A DNA stretch of 64,000 bases from a virus. A program made the translations under genes and the position numbers. This document shows positions 36,601 to 45,600 of the stretch, piece by piece. Position 1 is the stretch's first letter. Every line of letters starts with the position of its first letter. The notes under the pieces were generated by a model that made no database searches, was not told where the DNA came from, and was given only the letters and a program-made list of their open reading frames with translations. The stretch spans positions 8,066 through 72,065 of IMG/VR virus record IMGVR_UViG_3300023174_000152; one strand, written 5' to 3'.

Positions 36601-39600
36601 CACTGTAGACTTGATCGCGGAAACGAACCAGTTGTCCCTCAGTGTATTTGGTATTGGGCTGCCAATCTAATACCTGACTGGTGTAGTTGTAACGATCGTA
36701 CTTGAGTGTGGTAGTGATAGTTCTTACCAGCTGACTTTCTAACACCGCTACAGCTCGTGCGCCCACTCCGTTACCGCCTTCGATAGTGATGATAGGAGTG
36801 GTAGTGTATCCTGATCCAGAATCAATCACGATCAGTTCTACGACTTGTCCGGCAGTGTTTATTCTAGCCACTAGTTCAGCTTCTCTCACAGCATCACCAG
36901 TGACTGTGACCACTGGTGGTACTGTATATCCTGCACCTTGATCAATTATTGTGGCACTGGTCAACAACAGTTTGTAGTTGTCAAACCATTGTTGCCAAGG
37001 TATTTCTTGCCAAATCGGTGCTGTGCTTGGTTCGCTGTTTGAATACTTAGGAGGAACCGAATCATCAAGCGCAGGTGCTTCAAACTCTTGTAACTCACTG
37101 TCGTAATACGCAGGGCAGTCAAAGTCTGTGACATTGCCATCATAGGTATCAAAACCATCATAGCGTAGGTTAAACTCTTTGATCTTGACGTGATAAGGTT
37201 TGACTTCCTTGATGTAATCAAGCACAAAGTCCTGATTATCAGTGCGGAAGATTTGGTACGGCAACAGATCACGGATCTTGTGTGTGACATCAATCAGTGA
37301 GGTCTTAAACAACCAATCAGGTGCTATCTGCTCTGTGAGTATGAAATCAAACACCAGCAACAGCAATTCGTTGCGGAATATAGCCCATTCGTCGACTAAT
37401 ATTTCTTCGTTGATGGCCTTGATGATTTGGCGTGTTTCAATGGCTGGGTATTGATCGAATCGTTGGCTGTCAAAAGTTTCAACGTCAAATCCAAATCGTC
37501 CAAGATCATAGTTCCAGATTTCTTCTTTGATACGCACCGTACCATCTTGCAAGACCACACGAGTCCAAGTGCCGTTGAGGTACTGGTATATTTCATATTT
37601 GGCAAAACTATTACGGGTGACTTTGGCGCTGGCACCTTCGGGCACAGTGAGTCGTGATAGGTCGCTGAACGTAGCAACTTCGGCCACTGGCTTGACTCCG
37701 GCATTGTATCCAGGCTTCACCCAGTCGATGTATTCCCAGTATAGTTTGGTGTCATAGTTTTGCACACGGCTCAGCAATAGTTGTTTACGTATGCCATCAA
37801 GGCTGAGAATCACTGTGTAGATAGTCCATAGGCCGTCATTGGTAGAATCAGATGCTACCAAATACTTGTATCCCACCGGAACTTCTGACAGATCTTGGAA
37901 TGTGAGCTCTTGATAATCCAGTACTCTCTTGTTCCATGCACCCGATGCCGAAGTCGGTTCAGGTTCTGCACTGTTCAACAGATTAAAAGGACGACTATCT
38001 GTGATAGGGAACTGTGCCATTATGGCATTGGCACGTTTGAGATAGTTTTGCAAGGCCAAGAATCGATCAACAAAGAAGCTCTGGCGTGGGCGGAACTGCA
38101 CACCGTAACGATCTGCTGGGCTCAGTGTTGGGTCGGGAACTTTATTGCCCAGCGTATCTTCGCCACAGAAGCTGTCAAGCATTTTGCGGAACAAGCCAGC
38201 GACCAAGAAACTGTCAGGATTATTTGATGCTATCAAATCATACTCAGCGTGTACATTGTCATCGTTAGCGATCTTGTCAAACTCAACATTGAGTATGGTA
38301 TCTTGTGCGCTGATATATGGTCTACCGTTGTAGATTGCAATGGTGCTGGGTCCAAGGAAAGCCACGTATGGCAGTCCTGAACTACGAGGGTGCTCAATGT
38401 ACTGAGAGATAGCTTGAACACTCAAAGTTTTCTTGGCACGTGATACTACTTCTGGTATACCTTTGACCCAGAAAGAGTAAAGAGATGTAAACAATCCATC
38501 GGTATTGAGTTTGCTGGATACCACAAAACTTGTGGTGCTATAAACTGTACCAGGGCCAGTGTATTCTGCTGGTGGAACAGGACTTTCAATCCACTGATAT
38601 ACATCTACTGAGCTACCTGGGAATACCTGGCTCCAACGTTGGCTTTCATAAGCTATGGTTGATTGATGGTAATCGATAAAGCGCACTGTGGATAGATCCC
38701 ACCAGATTTGTCCAAGATGTGTTTCATTCCAAGTGTCACCATAGTTGTTGACCTCACCAACATTGTAAGCGGCAGGATCTACAGCGCCAATGTAATCGAT
38801 GTTTTGACGTGCTACTCCTAGGATTTTGCCTTGCAGTGGATCGATGAAATCAAAATACTGTGTCACTTTGCTTTCAAGCCTGTCGTACATGTACACAGAG
38901 TTGATCAACTTGACATCAACTATGGGTTTTTGTCTGTACACAATGTCCCAGGCCGCTAGACGATCTGGATTGTTGAGCTGTGATATTCTTCCATAGTCTC
39001 CTACAGAGTCGCCAAGGTCGTCTTGCGGACTACCAACCAATAATATACCATTGCGATAGCTCACAGCAGTACCAAAGTTATCCAAAGAGTTTACATCGTC
39101 ATCATAGATCTGAGCACCGAACACAAACTTGCTGGGGTTGCTCACGCTGGGGTTAGCGGCACTGAGTAAATCGTAGGTATAAGCAACACCGCTTTCGGGC
39201 AGTAGGTCAAAGAAGTTAGTGGCCTTGCTGTCAAAGAATGTGGTTCCACCGTCGAACGTTGTGGGTTTGGCCGCAGTTCCCTGTGGAGAACCCACGACCA
39301 ATGTTCTTGAATCATCACTGATATCCAGTGACGCTCCAAAGTGTGCATAGGCCAGTTGATTTGGGGCTTCCACTGTTTGTGCATAAACCTGTGGATTGAA
39401 TCCAAGATCATAGTAAGCTGTGCCCAGTCCTGGCAACACAGTCAACTGTGTAAACGGTACAGCGGCATCTGAATTCTTGATGCTGATTGTCAAGTATCCG
39501 TTGCTGACAATGGCCTGTACATTGGGTACTTCGACCAGTCCAATGTTGTTTGGCTCTGCTGCCACATTGATATCGTTGGCAAATAACTCAACCCAACTTG

Positions 39601-42600
39601 ACAGTTTCCAGTAACTGGTGTCGTTGATGCTGGTAGACACCGGAACATTTCTCAAGGCTTGATAGATTGTAGAACCACTGATCACGAATGTTCCTGACGC
39701 CCAATCTATTGAACTATTCCAAGGAGTTGGGGTCGACACTTCTACATCGACCTGCTGTATACGCACAGTATTGCCCGGTGTCAGTGTTGGATTTTGGCTG
39801 TCGCCGGTGATTATTCCATACAGTCTTGACTGATTGGTAAATCTTTCAACACTGCCGCCTTGTGGAACCACGCGAGAGTCATTGGGCTGACCAATGTACA
39901 AACTACAGTTGGTTGGGCATTGTTGTACCACTGAACCAAAACTTGCTCCTTCCGAAGGAGAGTTTGACGCAACTTCTTGTATCAAGGCGAATGTATTGGT
40001 GTCTATTTCAATGGTGTCACCGACATTTAGTACCACAGTGATATTGACAGTGTTTGCATCAACCTCTGAGAACTGTCCATTGTTGTTTGATCCATCAGGT
40101 ATGAGATAGGTAGCATTGACTTTTACACTAGCTGGTCCATTAAAATTTCTCAATGTTGAATATAAAGTTTGTGTGGTATCAGTGACAGTAAATCTTTCAA
40201 CGCTTCGGTCGATCGCATACACTTGTCCGGCTAAGAGTTTACCATTAGCTGTGTCGTTGGGGGCGCCGATCACAATCTGACGACCGTCTGTGGTTGTCGT
40301 TATCGACTGACCAAATCTTGCGCCTGTGATTGCACCCAATGTGTTACCGTCAACATAATCTACATACCGGAAATATGAACCGGCGTTTACCAACACAGTA
40401 CCTACTTGTCCTCCCAACACAAAAGTTATTATTTTGGTTGTAGGATTGAAAGAATAGTCCATGTTAGGACGTTGTAATATACTATTAACGTACACACTAA
40501 AACTGTCAATGTCCGAAACAGTATATAGATCTTCGAGAGGAAATGTAGTAGTTGGACTGGTAGGGAAGAATGTTTTACTTTGTAATCTTATAATTCTTAT
40601 TTCGTCGTCACCGTTTGGTGGTGAATTGAATATCACAGTACCATTGGCATAGTTATAATCTACGCCTGGTATTTTTGGCAGATCATTGACGGTTATACCA
40701 ATCTGTTGTTCACCAATACCCCCATCGGCTGAATCCTCATCTACTATGATTACATCAGCGATGTAAAAATCTGTTGTTTCACCGTCACCTACAAAGTTTT
40801 TGACCTGCGACTGTATGTCTACACGATTGTAAGCATACACGCGATTACCGGCAGGAGCACCCACGTACATCCAACGTTCATCGTTGCTGATCGTTACGCT
40901 ATATCCATATTCGTCGTAGTTGAAAATATTGATCAGTGATCCCGGGGCAGGCGGTGTTGTAAACACCACTGTGGATCCTATAACATTCCAGTCAGTACCT
41001 CTTGTTTTGACAACATCGCTGATCACTACACTGACTTTGTTAGGGTCTGCCAGAGTCACTCCACTGGGAGTATATGTAAATGTCACACCATTGCCTGTGG
41101 CTTGATACAATCTATAAGGTACTTCGGTAAGCAGTTGGCTCTGAATAAAGTCACCTGAGTTGAGATTGCGATTGACTGTTGCCGCATATCCTTGCTTGGC
41201 CCAAGAGTTACCTGCACCAACTACACCCCACTGACTGCCACCCGATGCCACTGCGGCACCATAGTTTACAAAGTTTGCGGCGCCCATGGTCAGTACACCA
41301 GTTTCTACATAGTCAACTGTGCCACCCTTGGTAAATGTGTAAACTGCACCAATCTCACCGCTATAACCAGGCGCACCCATCAGTGCGGCTAGGCCACCAA
41401 AGCCTTGAGAAATGGCAGCGCCAAATCTTGAACTGATCACTGGCTCGGCTGGAACGATTCCTGGTGTGGTGGTAAAGGGATTGATTTTTTCGTAGACTGT
41501 CCAGTGACCTGTACCGTCGTCGTCGACCCAGGCACGATTTCCTGGCAATAAACTGTTGGCATAAACCAGATTGGACACATCTGATGCTTGCTTTACTCGC
41601 ATGGTTTCGAGCACAAAGCAAATACCGGTGCCTGTGACTTGTGTAACAGCACCGCCCAATGTAAGCGCAACAGTTACCGTGGTAAGGCTGGGCACAGAAA
41701 GCACCGTGTATGCTCCGTCGATGCCTTGCCCAAAATACTTGATCACTATTTTTTCATTGATATACAGACCGTGTTGTCCTGCAAACTGCAAAGTGCAAGT
41801 CCCGTTGAGGTTATCACGCACTTGTACCAACGAATAGATCACCAAGTTGTTGCGATAGATATTCCAATCATAGGCATTGTCTTTGGCTACCCATACACTG
41901 GTACCTACATAGATATTTTCAATGTCATTGATTATGTTGTCAAGGTCGGTAAAGTTGAATAGCTTGATGTCAGCATCATCCCAGTTTACATAACCAGCAC
42001 TGGGCAACTGCACATCGGTCGCATCCAGGAATGTGGTGGGCAATATGTTGGGATTAGTTATAGGATAACTTTGTTTCCAAATATCACTGACTAAAACTGT
42101 CTGATCAGCGTCGCTGAACTGTTGAGGTTCTATGATCTGTATGGTCGATGGATTGCCCAACAAATCAGCTTCGTTGAGTCTGAGTTCAAAATAACTACGG
42201 TTGGCATTGGCACCATAGATAGCACGTTGGATAGCCCAGTTTTCAAATATCTCATACTCAGCGACTTCTTTGCCAAGGTTGGCCTTGGTGAATATGTCTG
42301 TGGCCTGCGTGGTTCCTTTGACCCCAATAAACTCTTGATAGAGATTGACTTGACTGATGTCATCAAGATTCAAGTTCTGCATGTAGCGACGTGGTCTAAA
42401 ACCAATCAAGCCAAATGCAAACAAGTCAGCGTCTCGCTCAAGATTAGCTTGATTAGTGTTGTAGAATCCACGTATTTGTTCTGAACTGGTGGCGGCGTTG
42501 GGCAACAGACCTTTTTGTATCTGTGCGTAGTCGCTCTTGAGCCAGAACTCAAAATCAAACTTTTCGCTGGGCGGAATGATTTTTACAGCAGACCAATATG

Positions 42601-45600
42601 AATCTTTATACTTGACGATCTGTCCTTTGGTATAGCTTCTGTTGGGCGACCATTGTTGTATGTTGTCCTGATTAAGTATGAAACCCTGTGCATCAAGGCT
42701 GCCGTTCCAGTCATAGGTTGTATAGCCCACAAATAACAGGCGACTCTGACGAGCACCTGTGATTGGATCATAGATCAAATCATTGAACACACTGGTATTG
42801 TCAAGCACGATGAGATGTTCGAACTCAGTAAACTTAGCTGCCAGATAGCTGAAGGTGCTGTTGTTGATACCACGCAAAGTGAGATCGTTTTCAAAACGTT
42901 CTACCACGTATTCTTGTGATTGCAATGGCTCTTTGTTTTGATTCAATAAAATATCTTCTGGTGCCACAGTGCTCAAAGGCTCAGCAACCAAGCCAGGTTT
43001 CAGAACATTCAGTATATTGGCAGCAGGATTGATGTTGATCAAGCTACCTGGGGCCCAGCCTTGCTGACTCCAGTAGATAAACTCTTGTACCATCTGGCTC
43101 CAGTTCAAGATACGTCCACGATCTTGATCATTGAATGTCATCCCTTGTCGAGTCAAGCAGGCACCATAGCTCATCAAAAAGTCTGCCACAGAGTTGATTC
43201 CGACAAACTCATATCCGTAGGGGATCTGTACCACGGTGTCACTGTAGTCATTGAGCACTCGAACTGTTTTATCCGCTACTGTGATCGTACGGTAGTTACC
43301 GTTGGGAATGCTAGACAATATTTCAAAATAAGGTCTGGTGGTTGAATAGCCGTAGACTGCGTAGCCTAACTCTGTTTTTTGTATTACCACCGAACTCCAA
43401 ACCAAAGTGTCTATGGTTGGGTTTTTATACAGCAGGATCTGATAGCTTTCGTCGGGCAATAGCAAACTGGTATTCAAGCTGTTGGGGCTTGATTTTTCTG
43501 TAAACAGTTTGATATACTGTTTGTCAGAGAACGCTGCCATACGATAGCAAAGTCTAACATCAGTCCATATCAATACCTCGCCAAGTTCTACTGAACTGTC
43601 TCTACCTTGTAGTTTGTTGTAGTCTACGATAAAGTTTAGGTACCCATGTTTTGCAGAACCTGTACCATAGATTTCATAAAATCCTGTACCGCTAGATCTA
43701 GACCGCCCAGCAAAAACAAACTGTTGCAATTCTGGATCTAAGCGGTAGTCATCTCGGAGAGCAAAATATGTAAAGAACTGTGCTGGTTTCGTCAACGCCA
43801 ACAATCGCATCACAGCAAATGGCCATGCGCTGGATTTCTGCCAAGACGCTTCAACTGGACCATCGTCGCCTACTGTCCAACTCTTACGGAAACTGTTAGG
43901 AGCATACTCTCCCACAACAACATCAAATGGTGACAGCAACATGCCTTCAGAATCACTTGGTATGACTTTGGTCAGTCCTGGGCGTATGTATTTTTCAACG
44001 ATGTAAGATCCTGCTGGATCCATCACGCGGCCAGCTTCAAGGTCTTGCCACAACACCAAGTTACCAGATGTATAAGGTGCCGGACCATACTCGTCCTCCC
44101 ACCACGATGGTTTTTCTGTGATGCCCAACATTTCCCAAGGTCTAGTGTTGGGAGCGTCTGTGTCGTAGAAATAGTTGTAGATACCTCGCCAGTTGCCCAA
44201 TAACTCTGTGCCGTCTAGCTTGCTTTGACATGCGGTATAGTTCCAGGTAAACTGATTGTTGGCATTGTATTCTTGCTCTCGATAGTTGAGTTTGTTTGCT
44301 CCCACCCAAGCCAAGAAGCTGACGGACATTATCTGTGTGATCTCTTCCTGGGTATAATCTGTTTTACGGAACTCTCCTGGAGACACATCTTCATAGACCA
44401 AAGGCACAGGATTGCCTACTAACTTGAGGTTGTTATAGATGCGTTTTTCAAACTCTAACAATACTTCATCACGGATATCTTGATAGGCCACTGTGATTGA
44501 CCCATCGTGCCCACGGATCACAGGAGTAGGATCAACGTATGTGTCATCAACAAATGCTTCAGGCACATAGGCTGGATACATTCCTAGTTTGGTTGGAGTT
44601 GAAGGTACGAAGTTACCAACTGTTGATGTATATTCTCTCAGTGTCACTGTGTCACCAAGTTGCAAAGGCACATCAATGGTCACCCGAGGACCATCCACGG
44701 CCACGGTGTATTCTATACCATTGCCCAATAGCTGTCGACCATTCAGATACACCAATATGGCTCTGTAGTTGGCTTCGGTGAAGTTGTAGGTGTACAGAGT
44801 GTCAAACGTGTTGCCAGTGATGGGAGTCACTGTGTAGTTTGTTTCCTGGAAGGTCTCGCCCGAAGGCACTGTGTCTGTCCAGTAAAATGCAGCCAGTTCA
44901 TTTTTGCCGTAGTTGATGATGGTCATACAATCATCAAGGATCTCAGCAGGAGTCATATTTTGGAAGTTGTTTCTGACCACAGCATCCATTATGAGATTCT
45001 TGTATTTTTCGTACTCTCTTGATGAAAACTCAAGAGCGCGGAAAAAATCATACTGTGAGTTATTGGCAAACAATGCAGATAAAATCACTGGAGCACTGTT
45101 TTGTATGATTGAGTCGCCGTAGGGTATGAGGTTACCAAGATCTCTTGTGTTATTTTGTCCGTTGATTGTGCCAGAGAATGTCTTTAAGTTTTGACAAATA
45201 CTGCCATAGTAGTTTCTCACAGTTCCCAAAGTAACTTCTGTGACTTGGTCATTGTTTGGATTGTTTTCAAGGTTCAGCGGAACGCTATAAAAACCAGTGG
45301 GGCTGGCCACATCACTGATCACGCTGACCTCCACAGTAGAATCCAGCGCAGGAGGATTTATAAATGTTATCACTGTGCTGTTATTGTCTTTGACTTCATA
45401 GGTGTAGTTGTCTGTGGTCAAAAACACAGCATTGACAAACACTTTGACTGGGACTGCTGTACTGTTTGTTTTTACAGGAATGTCAATGACCAGCGGAATA
45501 CCAGTATAGGTAAACGAGAAACTTTGTCTTGATACTGTAGTAGTATATGCTGTTTCCCAACCAATGAGCTTGTCAAACTCAAGACGACTGTAATATTGTC